Source: Thermoplasmatota archaeon
GTDB taxonomy: Archaea; Thermoplasmatota; JAKEGO01
DNA: 64,000 nt
Reading direction: 5' to 3'
Assembly (NCBI GenBank): GCA_028279595.1
Contig: JANQNK010000020.1
Location: 96,001-160,000, forward strand
The first letter of the stretch is position 1; each line of letters starts with the position of its first letter. A model generated the notes under the pieces. That model was not told the DNA's origin. It was given only the letters and a program-made list of their open reading frames with translations, and made no database searches. A program made the translations under genes and the position numbers. This document shows, piece by piece, positions 28,393 through 37,428 of this stretch.

Positions 28393-29307
28393 TCAGACGT
28401 CCAGCTTCGTCTGCCGGACGTTCGGCTCGCACACTTCCCTGTAGTTGCACCGGCCGCAGGTCATCTCGGTCTCGACCTTCGTGAACCTCTCCACCGGAAC
28501 CGGTACGTTGCCCTCGACGTCCTCGCACATGGCCTCGATGGCGTCCATGTCCTCGATGATCCTGTTGTGAAGCTCAAGGCCGTCGACGAGCTCACCGGTG
28601 ATGGTGACCGCATCCTCGTTCGGGTGGGCGAGGTACTCCACCGTACCTTCCATGTTCTCCAATGGGATCCCGTAGACGACGTTCGTGAAGTACATGTAGC
28701 TCTGGACCTGGAGGATGTCGGTCTCCCTGTCGGGTCGCCCGGTCTTCCAGTCGACCACGTGCCAGGTGCCGTCCATGGCCTTGAAGACAAGGTCGGGTTT
28801 TGCGTAAGCCTTCCTTCCCTCGAACCTGAACTCGCCGTAACCCGGCGGATCAATGGCCCACTCGCCGCGTGCGCTCAGCGGAACGTCGTTGAGCAGGGCC
28901 GGCCATCGGGATGAATAGAACGCACTGATACCGGTCCTCACCTTTCGGACCGCCTTGTCGATCCGCTCGTCGGAGATCGGCCTTCCGTAGCGGTCCTCGA
29001 ACATGGGGATGTTCGCCAGGAGCACCCTGAACTTGTTCTCGGCTATGTCCAGGACCTCCTTCTCGTCGAGGAAGCGTCCTGTGAGCGAGAGGTCCTTGAT
29101 GACCTCGGCTATGGTGTTATGCACTGCATTGCCGACCTCGATGTTCACGGTGGACAGCGAGCGCAGCTCCTGGACCTTCATCTTCTCGTGTCCGGAGAGC
29201 GCCCTGGGCGCATAGTATTGGTACCAGTACTGCCTGAGACAGTTCCTGAATGTCCTCATGCGGGAGAACGACCACCCGGGAGCCCAGGTGAAGGGGTACT
29301 CGATCAT
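28393..29307 (-). CDS. PD-(D/E)XK nuclease (RecB/Cas4-like, putative 4Fe-4S)
   Basis: WSFSR..NC, GNAVH, KPDLV, VVDWKTG, QVQSY, CGRCNYREVC. Confidence 0.85.
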   Translation of the reverse strand: MIEYPFTWAPGWSFSRMRTFRNCLRQYWYQYYAPRALSGHEKMKVQELRSLSTVNIEVGNAVHNTIAEVIKDLSLTGRFLDEKEVLDIAENKFRVLLANIPMFEDRYGRPISDERIDKAVRKVRTGISAFYSSRWPALLNDVPLSARGEWAIDPPGYGEFRFEGRKAYAKPDLVFKAMDGTWHVVDWKTGRPDRETDILQVQSYMYFTNVVYGIPLENMEGTVEYLAHPNEDAVTITGELVDGLELHNRIIEDMDAIEAMCEDVEGNVPVPVERFTKVETEMTCGRCNYREVCEPNVRQTKLDV

Positions 29308-29317
29308 GTCCGTCCGA

Positions 29318-29905
29318 TCACCCCGGGAACGAATCTATCTCGCTCAATTCCTTGATGTACTCGTGACCGGGTCCCCGTAGCTCGTCGAAGTGCGATCTGG
29401 AGATGGAATAGACGGCCAGTTTCTTGTTGTAGCTCTTCTTGATGCCCTCGAGACGCATCCCGTTCTTCTCGAGTACCCTCTGCGAGGCGACGTGCTGCGG
29501 ATCTGTGAGTCCTATTATCCTCTCCAGCCCGAGGTCCTCGAACCCGTACCTGATGCACTCGGCCGCCGCCTCCGTCGCATAGCCATGGCCCCAGTGCTCG
29601 ACGGCCAGATGATAGTTGATCTCGATCTCCGGTCCGACGCCGTCCAGGAGGAAGAGTCCGCAGTCCCCGAGCATCTTCCCGGTGAACTTGTCGGTGACGG
29701 CCCATATCGAGTAGCCGTGGGCCTCCTGGTGCCGGAGGACGTTCTCCAGGACCTCCTTCGTGACATCGATGTTGGGGGATGGCCCGGCCGGTATGAACCT
29801 CATCACCGCCGGGTCGCCGATGATCTCGTGGAGCTCCTCAACGTCCTTCATGGTGAACGGTCTTATCCGGAGCCTTTCCGTTTCGAGGTCCAATGTCGTA
29901 TCCAT
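29318..29905 (-). CDS. GNAT N-acetyltransferase (RimJ/RimL type)
   Basis: LETERLRIRP, WGHGYATEAA, ASQRVLEKNGM. Confidence 0.92.
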   Translation of the reverse strand: MDTTLDLETERLRIRPFTMKDVEELHEIIGDPAVMRFIPAGPSPNIDVTKEVLENVLRHQEAHGYSIWAVTDKFTGKMLGDCGLFLLDGVGPEIEINYHLAVEHWGHGYATEAAAECIRYGFEDLGLERIIGLTDPQHVASQRVLEKNGMRLEGIKKSYNKKLAVYSISRSHFDELRGPGHEYIKELSEIDSFPG

Positions 29906-29947
29906 GGCTACCCTTCGAGGCGGTATCCACGGTTCCGCATAATAGTT

Positions 29948-30571
29948 TTACTGTCGAGGCTGGACCGGCTCCACGACACCACTGGCCATGTCGTACAGTG
30001 CTCCGACGACAGTGACCTCCTCGTTCTGGACCCTGGGTGGGATTATCGGACCCGAACCGGTGATCCTCTCGACCATCCTTCTAACGTTCTCGACGATCGC
30101 GTCAGCGTAGACGTTCTCCGAGCCGATAACAGCCGCAACCGACGGGGCAATAGCATGGACCACGGTTCCCGTGTTGCCTGGATGGACACCGCCCTCGAGG
30201 GCGGCCCCGACGGCTCCGCACGAGGTGTGGCCAAGCACCATTATCAACCTGGTCCCGAGGCGGTCGATTGCGAACTCGATGCTTCCTATGACGACGTCGT
30301 CGGCGACGTTGCCGGCCGTCTTTATCACGAAAAGGTCTCCGATCCCCGCGTCGAAGATCAGCTCGGGAACGACCCTGGAATCCGAGCATGTCAGGACCAC
30401 CGCGAAGGGGTTCTGGTCCGTTGCTACCTCGTCGCGCCTCTCGGTCGTCCGGTTCGGTCCCTCCGGGCTTCCGCTGGCGTATCTTGAATTTCCCGCCATC
30501 AGGCGTTCAAGGGCCTCGGTTCCGTCCATGGGACCCCCCAGTGCTGGGGCCGTTATATCCCTTTCGGTCAT
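29948..30571 (-). CDS. Beta-class carbonic anhydrase
   Basis: CSDSRV, AGN, GSIEFA, GHTSCGAV. Confidence 0.93.
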   Translation of the reverse strand: MTERDITAPALGGPMDGTEALERLMAGNSRYASGSPEGPNRTTERRDEVATDQNPFAVVLTCSDSRVVPELIFDAGIGDLFVIKTAGNVADDVVIGSIEFAIDRLGTRLIMVLGHTSCGAVGAALEGGVHPGNTGTVVHAIAPSVAAVIGSENVYADAIVENVRRMVERITGSGPIIPPRVQNEEVTVVGALYDMASGVVEPVQPRQ

Positions 30572-30972
30572 TCGGGCAGTGTCCCTTCCTGCTCCTTGAG
30601 GATCGATTTGATCTTCGCGTAGCAGTTGTCGAGGGCCGACTCGGCACGACGGACCAGCTCGACCTCTGGTACCGCGCTGTAGACGTTTGAATAACCCCGG
30701 GGCTCACCGCCCCTGCGCTCCTTGTAGGCCAGACCGCACGACACGAGCTTCTCCAGCGCCCTATATGTGGTCGATCTGTCCCTGTCGACGAGGTCCGCCA
30801 CCTCGGCCGCCATCATCGGGTCCGTCCCCTGGATGGACTGGAGGACCGAGGCCTCAGTACCGTTCAGGTTGAACATGCACTTCATCAGGTCGTAGCATGT
30901 GAAGGAACCGTCCTCGACCTTGCCCGACATCGTGGGGAACCCGGTGAGCATTTCCTCAGGTGTCCTTTCCAT
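30568..30972 (-). CDS. Cys-containing winged-HTH (TrmB-like) regulator
   Basis: CYDLMKC, EVADLVDRDRSTTYRALEKL. Confidence 0.85.
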   Translation of the reverse strand: MERTPEEMLTGFPTMSGKVEDGSFTCYDLMKCMFNLNGTEASVLQSIQGTDPMMAAEVADLVDRDRSTTYRALEKLVSCGLAYKERRGGEPRGYSNVYSAVPEVELVRRAESALDNCYAKIKSILKEQEGTLPE

Positions 30973-30982
30973 TCGTATCACC

Positions 30983-31411
30983 TCACACGAAGAGGTTGAC
31001 GTGGGCTCCGGCTGCCGCATCTAGATACGTGCCGACGCCGCCGATCTCCTTCGCCTCGGGGATGAGCTGGTCCTTCGAGACGTTCATCAACCCCATGGTC
31101 ATCTCGCAGGCGATCATGCGGACGCCGAGGTCTGCCGCGTCGGAGATGAGCTCATCGAGCGGTGCCACGTTGTTCTTCCTCATCAGTTTCCTGATCATCG
31201 CCGTTCCGAGACCGCCCATGTGCATCCGCGAGAGCTTGGCCTTCCTCGCTCCGTCCTTCTTGATGAGGTTGAGGCCCCAGAACGTGAAGAACATGGTCAC
31301 CTTCGTCCCTTTCGCAGCCGCGCCCGTTCCAATTATGAAAGCGGCCATCGCCTTGTCCAGGTCGCCGCTGTGGACGACCATCGTCATCGAATCCGCTGCC
31401 GGCATGTTCAT
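30983..31411 (-). CDS. DsrE2/DrsH-like sulfurtransferase family protein
   Basis: SGDLDKAMAAFII, FFTFWGL, IACEMTM, GVGTYL. Confidence 0.9.
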   Translation of the reverse strand: MNMPAADSMTMVVHSGDLDKAMAAFIIGTGAAAKGTKVTMFFTFWGLNLIKKDGARKAKLSRMHMGGLGTAMIRKLMRKNNVAPLDELISDAADLGVRMIACEMTMGLMNVSKDQLIPEAKEIGGVGTYLDAAAGAHVNLFV

Positions 31412-31644
31412 CCCTTCCTTATGGTGATGACCCACTTGGGTCCTGTCTCCTCTATCGAGACGACCTCATCCCCGGTGTCCTCGATGGCCTGGGGGATCTC
31501 GTCCTTCGAGAGCCTGTGGTCGCCTTCCACGACGAGCACCTGGCCCGTCTCCATCTTCCTGAGGGCCTTCCTCGTCTCTATGAGCGGTTTCGGGCAGTTC
31601 ATGCCCATCGTCGTTATCCTCGTTTCATCTGCCAAAGTCATCAT
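31408..31644 (-). CDS. tusA: TusA-family sulfur carrier
   Basis: GMNCPKPLI (CPxP), GQVL.V..D. Confidence 0.9.
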   Translation of the reverse strand: MMTLADETRITTMGMNCPKPLIETRKALRKMETGQVLVVEGDHRLSKDEIPQAIEDTGDEVVSIEETGPKWVITIRKG

Positions 31645-31647
31645 CTC

Positions 31648-32010
31648 CTAGAACGTCATACTGACATCGTGCTCCATTATCAATGAGGAGACCTCCTGGG
31701 CGTCTATCACCTCGGCCTCCTCGACCAGTTCGTCCTCTTCTATCCCTCGTTCCGCGAGGGACTCCTTCACCACGAGCAGTCGACCCCCGAGGTCGAAGGT
31801 GTTCTGGACCTCCTCGAGGTTGTTCGGAAGTCCTATCCTCGTCGTGTCCTGTGCTGCCACTGCCATGGCGACCCCGTCGTCGGCCAGGACGAGTGTCACG
31901 TCCATCCCCTTGGCGAGGGCGGCGTTGGTCATCAGCATGGCTCCGTAGCCATCGTCGTCACGGCCGTAGGTCCCGTGAACGCAGTATACAAGTACGGATC
32001 TCGCAGCCAT
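31648..32010 (-). CDS. DsrF/TusC-like protein
   Basis: GTYG, DDGV, ESLAERGI; no Cys at the DsrE active position. Confidence 0.75.
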   Translation of the reverse strand: MAARSVLVYCVHGTYGRDDDGYGAMLMTNAALAKGMDVTLVLADDGVAMAVAAQDTTRIGLPNNLEEVQNTFDLGGRLLVVKESLAERGIEEDELVEEAEVIDAQEVSSLIMEHDVSMTF

Positions 32011-32014
32011 ACCA

Positions 32015-32374
32015 TCAGCCTCCGAAGGTTATCACTTTGTCCGAACCCTTCACCATATCGATGAACCTGAAGGACCCTGCGATCTGGACGCCGTCGACTA
32101 TCTCACCTTCTTTGAGATCTCGCGCGTCGGAACACCTCTGGCAGGAGGCTGCCTCGACGCCGCGCTTGATCGCCGATCGGAGCCACTCGGTCGGGTTGTT
32201 GAAATCGAGTTCAGAAGTGACATTGGTGACCCAGACCCCGTCCAGGTACATGAAGAGATTGACGTCGTACTTTGCCCTCTTCGCCGCGAGGGCCGTCCTC
32301 ATCGCCATGTCAGCGGCCTCCGAGACGTAGGGTCCCTTCGTCAGGAGGATCGTGAGCGTCTTCGTGTCGGTCAT
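32015..32374 (-). CDS. DsrE/TusD-like sulfurtransferase
   Basis: KGPY, FMYLDGV, CQRCSDAR. Confidence 0.85.
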   Translation of the reverse strand: MTDTKTLTILLTKGPYVSEAADMAMRTALAAKRAKYDVNLFMYLDGVWVTNVTSELDFNNPTEWLRSAIKRGVEAASCQRCSDARDLKEGEIVDGVQIAGSFRFIDMVKGSDKVITFGG

Positions 32375-32727
32375 ATGACCATCACCCTGTCCCATTCCTC
32401 CATGACGTTCAACACGAGGTCCTTGTAGGGTTTCCTCGAGACCTCGACGCCGTCCGCCATTCCATCCTCGGGTATACCTGCGGCAAGGAGGTGGTCGCCG
32501 CTGGCGGTCACTGGTACGCCCTTCCTGAGAAGTTCGTTGAACAGTGTGAATGCCTCGTTATCCTGTCCCGTCTTGGCGAGCCAGACGCCGTCGCTGATAA
32601 GGAAGAGGCCTACGCTTCTACCGTCATCCAACGAATCCAGAGCGGTCCTCAGTATGCCTGCAACGGCTCCTGTTTCAAGCGGCGGTTTCGTGATGACGAA
32701 ACCGAGGTCGGTGTTGGATCCTGTCAT
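32371..32727 (-). CDS. DsrH/TusB-like protein
   Basis: LFLISDGVW, DHLLAAGI, YKDLV. Confidence 0.7.
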   Translation of the reverse strand: MTGSNTDLGFVITKPPLETGAVAGILRTALDSLDDGRSVGLFLISDGVWLAKTGQDNEAFTLFNELLRKGVPVTASGDHLLAAGIPEDGMADGVEVSRKPYKDLVLNVMEEWDRVMVI

Positions 32728-32804
32728 TTCGCCCCTCCTTTGTTGTGTGGTATTGTGCCACAACTATGCACCATAAAAGAGGCCGGTATTAAAGACTTTT
32801 CCCC

Positions 32805-33302
32805 TCAGGCGATGTACTCGTATGAGGACCTGTCGAAACCTTCGACAAGCTCTATCCCCGTCTCGCTCGGCTGCCACCCGACCGTGGGATAGACGAGGTT
32901 CGGGAAGAAGTGTTTCGTGTCCTTCGCTATCTTGGATGCCACATGCTCCTCCCCAAATACCTCCCTGACGATATCGTAGGCCGTCCGCCTGACCTGCCGC
33001 TCGTCGAGATATCCGAGGGTGTGAAGGTATTCGTGCAGAAGGACGGTGAAGGCATAGGGCGCGAAGAGTTCGGGTTCGGTGTCCCTGATCCTCATCAACG
33101 GGACCTTGTTCAGGACGATGACATTTGTAGCGACGTAGTAGTATCCACCGAAGAACCCCTTCGGATGGTTCCCGAGGTCCGCCAGACCGAGCATCAATCC
33201 GCCTCTGCTCTGACCGAGGACCTGGCGTACCGCATCCTTGACGATATCGAAGACCTCTGCAAGGTCGTCTGCAGCATCGAGCCTCTCCGGGAATGTTTCC
33301 AT
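32805..33302 (-). CDS. Hypothetical protein with HExxH zinc-binding motif
   Basis: VLLHEYLHTLG. Confidence 0.7.
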   Translation of the reverse strand: METFPERLDAADDLAEVFDIVKDAVRQVLGQSRGGLMLGLADLGNHPKGFFGGYYYVATNVIVLNKVPLMRIRDTEPELFAPYAFTVLLHEYLHTLGYLDERQVRRTAYDIVREVFGEEHVASKIAKDTKHFFPNLVYPTVGWQPSETGIELVEGFDRSSYEYIA

Positions 33303-33350
33303 CGTTCGATCTACCTTCTCGGACCGTTTATAACTTCCACCGAAACCGGC

Positions 33351-33785
33351 TCAGGCGTACATTGCCTCGGCCCGCTCCTTCAGTGCGCGGTTCATCTTCC
33401 TGAACCCCTTTTCCGTCGGCGATCCCAATCTCCTCATTAGCAACGGTGTCAAGAAGCCCGTGAATGTCTCGCTCTGTTCGAACCTCACACCCCCGTTACG
33501 TGGTTCTATCCTGAAGACGTGCTCACCATGGAACCCCGGGACCTTCCCCAACCACCTCATCTCCTCCCGAGGCCTCGTCACAAGAAGGGTCGGCCTGAAG
33601 CTCATCCCTTTCTTGCCCTCCGGTTTCAGGAATACCGAGATCCGTTCGCCCTCCTTCACAACCCCTTCCGCCTTCGTAATGAACGGATTCCATTCCTCGA
33701 ATTGCTCGAGATCTGTCAGCACATCCCAAACAGCCTCGGGTGAGGCATCTATATCGATCCATGTCCTGATCTCACGTGTCATCAT
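33351..33785 (-). CDS. SRPBCC (polyketide cyclase/dehydrase) family protein
   Basis: IDASPEAVWDVLTD..WNPF, GEHVF, MNRALKERAE. Confidence 0.9.
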   Translation of the reverse strand: MMTREIRTWIDIDASPEAVWDVLTDLEQFEEWNPFITKAEGVVKEGERISVFLKPEGKKGMSFRPTLLVTRPREEMRWLGKVPGFHGEHVFRIEPRNGGVRFEQSETFTGFLTPLLMRRLGSPTEKGFRKMNRALKERAEAMYA

Positions 33786-33861
33786 ACTCACCTCATCTAG
33801 AATTCGCGATCTGACCATCACTGCTTCTCTATGAGTACCTGTTCCCTAACAGCAACGCGTA

Positions 33862-34800
33862 CTAGTCGCCTGGCGGCATGTCGCAGTACTTCAGTACGAG
33901 GTCGGTGGAGATGTACCTCATCATGCAGTCCGGCACCAGGGTAACGATCCTTCCGCCCTCCATCTCCTTCGCAACCTTCAGGCTGGCGAACACGTTCGCT
34001 CCCGATGATATGCCTGCCAGGATGCCCTCCTCTGCAGCTAGGCGACGTGCGGTCGCCATGGCCTCGTCATCGCTGACGGCTATGACCTCGTCGTACATCT
34101 CAGTGTCGAGGACCTCGGGGATGAAACCCTCGCCAATGCCCTCGATCTTGTGCAATCCCGGATCGCATCCCGAGAGGACCGCGGAACCAGATGGTTCGAC
34201 TATTACGATCTTGATGCCTGGGACCTCCTCCCTCAGGAGAGAGGCGACGCCGGACATCGTTCCACCGGTTCCAGCTGCGGCTACAAATACATCGATCTTC
34301 CCGTCGGTCTGGTCTATTATCTCCCTTGCTGTCGTCTCGCGGTGTGCTCTCGGGTTCGCGGGATTCTTGAACTGGTCTGGCATGAATGCACCTGGGATCT
34401 CTTCGATGAGTTCCTCGGCCTTCTTCAACACCCCGGGGATACCCTCCGCCGCCGGAGTGCGGACCACCGTCGCCCCGAATGCCTGGCACATGTGCGTCCG
34501 CTCCTCGCTGACGAACTCCGGCATGACGACGATCATCTTGTAACCCTTGGCCGCCGCGACCAGCGATAGAGCTATTCCGGTGTTCCCGGTGGTGGGTTCC
34601 ACGATGGTCCCTCCGGGCTTGAGGAGGCCGCGGCTCTCGGCATCCTCTATCATGTATATGGCTATCCTGTCCTTGATGCTGCAGGTGGGGTTGGACGATT
34701 CTATCTTGACGACGATCTCCGGGGAGTGCTCCTTGCCAACGCTGTTCAGCCTGACCATCGGCGTCTCCCCAATGAGCTCGAGCACGCTGTCGTGTATCAT
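33862..34800 (-). CDS. cysK: Cysteine synthase (second paralogue)
   Basis: IGETP, SIKDRIA, EPTTGNTG, GTGGT, HKIEGIG, GISSGA; start MIHDSV at 34800. Confidence 0.92.
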   Translation of the reverse strand: MIHDSVLELIGETPMVRLNSVGKEHSPEIVVKIESSNPTCSIKDRIAIYMIEDAESRGLLKPGGTIVEPTTGNTGIALSLVAAAKGYKMIVVMPEFVSEERTHMCQAFGATVVRTPAAEGIPGVLKKAEELIEEIPGAFMPDQFKNPANPRAHRETTAREIIDQTDGKIDVFVAAAGTGGTMSGVASLLREEVPGIKIVIVEPSGSAVLSGCDPGLHKIEGIGEGFIPEVLDTEMYDEVIAVSDDEAMATARRLAAEEGILAGISSGANVFASLKVAKEMEGGRIVTLVPDCMMRYISTDLVLKYCDMPPGD

Positions 34801-34874
34801 CGTGTCACCTCGGCGGAGCGGGACAGACGACGCTCTCCCGGTCCTCGTGTGGAATGGTATTGACCTATAATATC

Positions 34875-35426
34875 CTATTTCCTTAACCCGGCCCGCCGGA
34901 GCTCCCCGAGGATGAAGTCGGACTTGGAATCCGTGTATCCATCCCGGTCGTTCCTGAACTCGATAGCGAGCTCCTTCTTCAGGTCGCCGTAGGCCTTTGC
35001 TATGACGGGATCGGCCCTGAGGAGTTCCCTGAAGTCCAGGTGGTCCTTCCTGAATTCGTTCTCCCACTGAACGATGTGAACGTGGAACATCCGCTCGCCG
35101 TCGACGAACTTGTCGAACAGCCGCCGCTGGGGGAAGGTCCACTCGAGGTCCTTGCGGTATCGGTAGACCAGACCCTCCATGACGGGAACGGTCCTGTCGA
35201 GGTCCTCCTCGCGCTTGAGCCCGACGTTGATGTCGATGACCGGTTTGGCCGCCAATCCCGGGACCGAGGTGCTCCCGACATGGTCCATGGTCTCGACGAT
35301 GTCGCCGAGGGCTTCTCCGATGACCGATGCCTCCCTGTCGTAGATCTCGGTCCAGACCGGGTCGTAATCCTCGACGATTATCGGGTCGTCGAACGGCCAA
35401 TCATCAACATTCTCCATGTCGCTCAC
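34875..35426 (-). CDS. GrpB family nucleotidyltransferase-like protein
   Basis: YDPVW, HVGSTSVPGLAAKPVIDI, FRELLR, YTDSKSDFI. Confidence 0.92.
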   Translation of the reverse strand: MSDMENVDDWPFDDPIIVEDYDPVWTEIYDREASVIGEALGDIVETMDHVGSTSVPGLAAKPVIDINVGLKREEDLDRTVPVMEGLVYRYRKDLEWTFPQRRLFDKFVDGERMFHVHIVQWENEFRKDHLDFRELLRADPVIAKAYGDLKKELAIEFRNDRDGYTDSKSDFILGELRRAGLRK

Positions 35427-36365
35427 TCAGTACGCATCCAGGTCGCTCATCGTGAAGAGGTCGTCTCCGACCCCGTACAGGTCCTCGATCCCCCCGATGT
35501 CCAGCTCCCCGGTCAGGTCGACCGCCATGAACGTCCCCCAGGTCGTCCCGATCTCGGAGGCTCCCGAACGGACGAGACGTTCGATGATCGCCCTCCTCGG
35601 TGTCCAGTCGTACATGATGTGACCCGTTCCGGTATCCTTCTCCAGTGCTGCAATCATGTCAGGTACGTCGTCGATGTCCACGGCGCACATGTCGATCAGG
35701 TTGATGTACCTGTCAGTTGACTTGCCGATGGTGAACCCGATCATCTCACCGTCGCGGAAGTAGCTATGCCTATCGTAAGGACCATCGTGGAAGTTCATCT
35801 CCCTGATGCTGATGACTCCTTCGAAGCGGTGGGTGAATCCCAGGAGGTCCTCTGCATATCTCTTGTAGATCCCATGGGCGTCCTGATCTGTAAGCCCCTT
35901 CTTGCAGACGACATCCGTCTCCGCAGGTCCCGAACAGGGTTTGATGGCGGAACTGAAGTGGCCGAAGTCCCGGTACCCGAACTTCCTGTACAGATCGTAT
36001 GCCACCCAGGAGCGCCGCGTTCCCAGGACCGCGAATCGAACATCCTCTTCCAGGAGTATCCTGTGGGTCTCCTCGAACAATGCGGTGGAATATCCGCGCC
36101 GGGCGGAATCTGGACGGGTGCAGACACCCCAGACGAACCCGACCTTCTCCAGCCCCTCGGTGGTGTCCGTGTCAACGACACAGTAGCCCACCTGAGCCCT
36201 TACCTCGTCGTCATCGACAGCGTAGAGCGCGTAATGATCGGGGAGCCACGGGTCCTTCTCCCTCAGCTCACGGGCCAACTCAGGACTGAGGAACCATCTG
36301 AAACTGGTCCAGTCAATGACCTTGACCCCATCCGGGTCGACCTCGTCGTAGGGGAGTATCTTCAT
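35427..36365 (-). CDS. GNAT acetyltransferase (Eis-like, two-domain)
   Basis: VCTRPDSARRGYSTAL, LYRKFGY. Confidence 0.8.
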   Translation of the reverse strand: MKILPYDEVDPDGVKVIDWTSFRWFLSPELARELREKDPWLPDHYALYAVDDDEVRAQVGYCVVDTDTTEGLEKVGFVWGVCTRPDSARRGYSTALFEETHRILLEEDVRFAVLGTRRSWVAYDLYRKFGYRDFGHFSSAIKPCSGPAETDVVCKKGLTDQDAHGIYKRYAEDLLGFTHRFEGVISIREMNFHDGPYDRHSYFRDGEMIGFTIGKSTDRYINLIDMCAVDIDDVPDMIAALEKDTGTGHIMYDWTPRRAIIERLVRSGASEIGTTWGTFMAVDLTGELDIGGIEDLYGVGDDLFTMSDLDAY

Positions 36366-36401
36366 TAGACCATGTAATCGGTTCGATGTATAAGGGCATT
36401 G

Positions 36402-37376
36402 TCAGACAATCGGAAGTTCGATCTCCGCGTAGTACTTCCTTTTTAGATCGTTTCGCAACCTCAATACTAATCCATTATAGCGGAGCCCTCTAACGTTCAT
36501 TATATCGTCATCTGAGAACTTCCCGTCCCCGTCCGCATCCTCGAACGTGACAAAGAGCGTATGATTCGTTCCATTGGCGGGCTCCCGCGCATAGAAATTA
36601 CTACCTATTGTCAATGAAGAAGCATTGAACTGGTCCTCGAGGAAAAGGATGTCAGTGATCTTCCCTGACATTGAAATCGTCTCGTCGTCCGAATCCAATC
36701 CTTCGATAACCTCGCTTTTATTGTTAAGTAACTGATAAGATAGATCGCTCAGATCAGCTCCGTCCGTCATGATGAACCTGATCTCGTGACTACCCATGGA
36801 TGACATCCTCATGTGTCCAAGGGATATTTCGTCGCCCGAACCCGAGCCGATGGTCACTTCAGCATTGTCCCACGAAGCGAAGAACGCATAGGCCAGTATG
36901 GCAATGACCAGGAACGACACGACAACGGCCACGAGGATGAACTTGACCGCCGAGCCCTTCTTTGCCGGAACGGGCTGCGGGGCTCCTCGACCGTATGGGT
37001 CGACATAACCCGGTGTCATCGTGGTCGCGGGAGCTGCACCCAGCGGCTGCTGCGCTCCGGGTGTGAAGCCAGAATATTGTATCTGATACTGGGTCCCCTG
37101 CTGTTGCCCCGGATATAGTGGCTGTTCCTGTGTCCCCGGAACCGGCTGGACCTGTGGCGCCTCAACGTAACCTGGCTGCTGGCTCTGGTCATACGGTTCC
37201 TGATACTGGGCCTGAGGCTGCTGCTGATAGGCCGTCTGGTACTGTTGCTGCTGCTGTGCGTACTGCTGCTGAGCTGGCTGCTGTGCCGCTGCGACGTACG
37301 CCTGACAGACGTAACAGTAGTACTGACCGTACTGTTCGACATAATTGGTCATGTTACCGCATGTCGGACACTGCAT
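36402..37376 (-). CDS. Zinc-ribbon / Gln-rich / single-TM membrane protein
   Basis: CPTC..CYVC, poly-Q/P linker, TM, DADGDGKFSDDD. Confidence 0.75.
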   Translation of the reverse strand: MQCPTCGNMTNYVEQYGQYYCYVCQAYVAAAQQPAQQQYAQQQQQYQTAYQQQPQAQYQEPYDQSQQPGYVEAPQVQPVPGTQEQPLYPGQQQGTQYQIQYSGFTPGAQQPLGAAPATTMTPGYVDPYGRGAPQPVPAKKGSAVKFILVAVVVSFLVIAILAYAFFASWDNAEVTIGSGSGDEISLGHMRMSSMGSHEIRFIMTDGADLSDLSYQLLNNKSEVIEGLDSDDETISMSGKITDILFLEDQFNASSLTIGSNFYAREPANGTNHTLFVTFEDADGDGKFSDDDIMNVRGLRYNGLVLRLRNDLKRKYYAEIELPIV

Positions 37377-37428
37377 ATCGTCCCCTCTGGACCGGGTAGG
37401 GAACGTGGATATAAAATCCTATCCTGGT

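Noticed and set aside
28393-32727. DNA phosphorothioation defence system (sulfur relay plus nuclease)
   Set aside because: No DndC/SspD-like PAPS reductase, ATPase or cysteine desulfurase present
33862-35400. 512-aa GrpB-CysK fusion suggested by the ORF track
   Set aside because: The N-terminal extension is an off-frame shadow of grpB; cysK has its own GAGGTGA RBS and ATG at 34800
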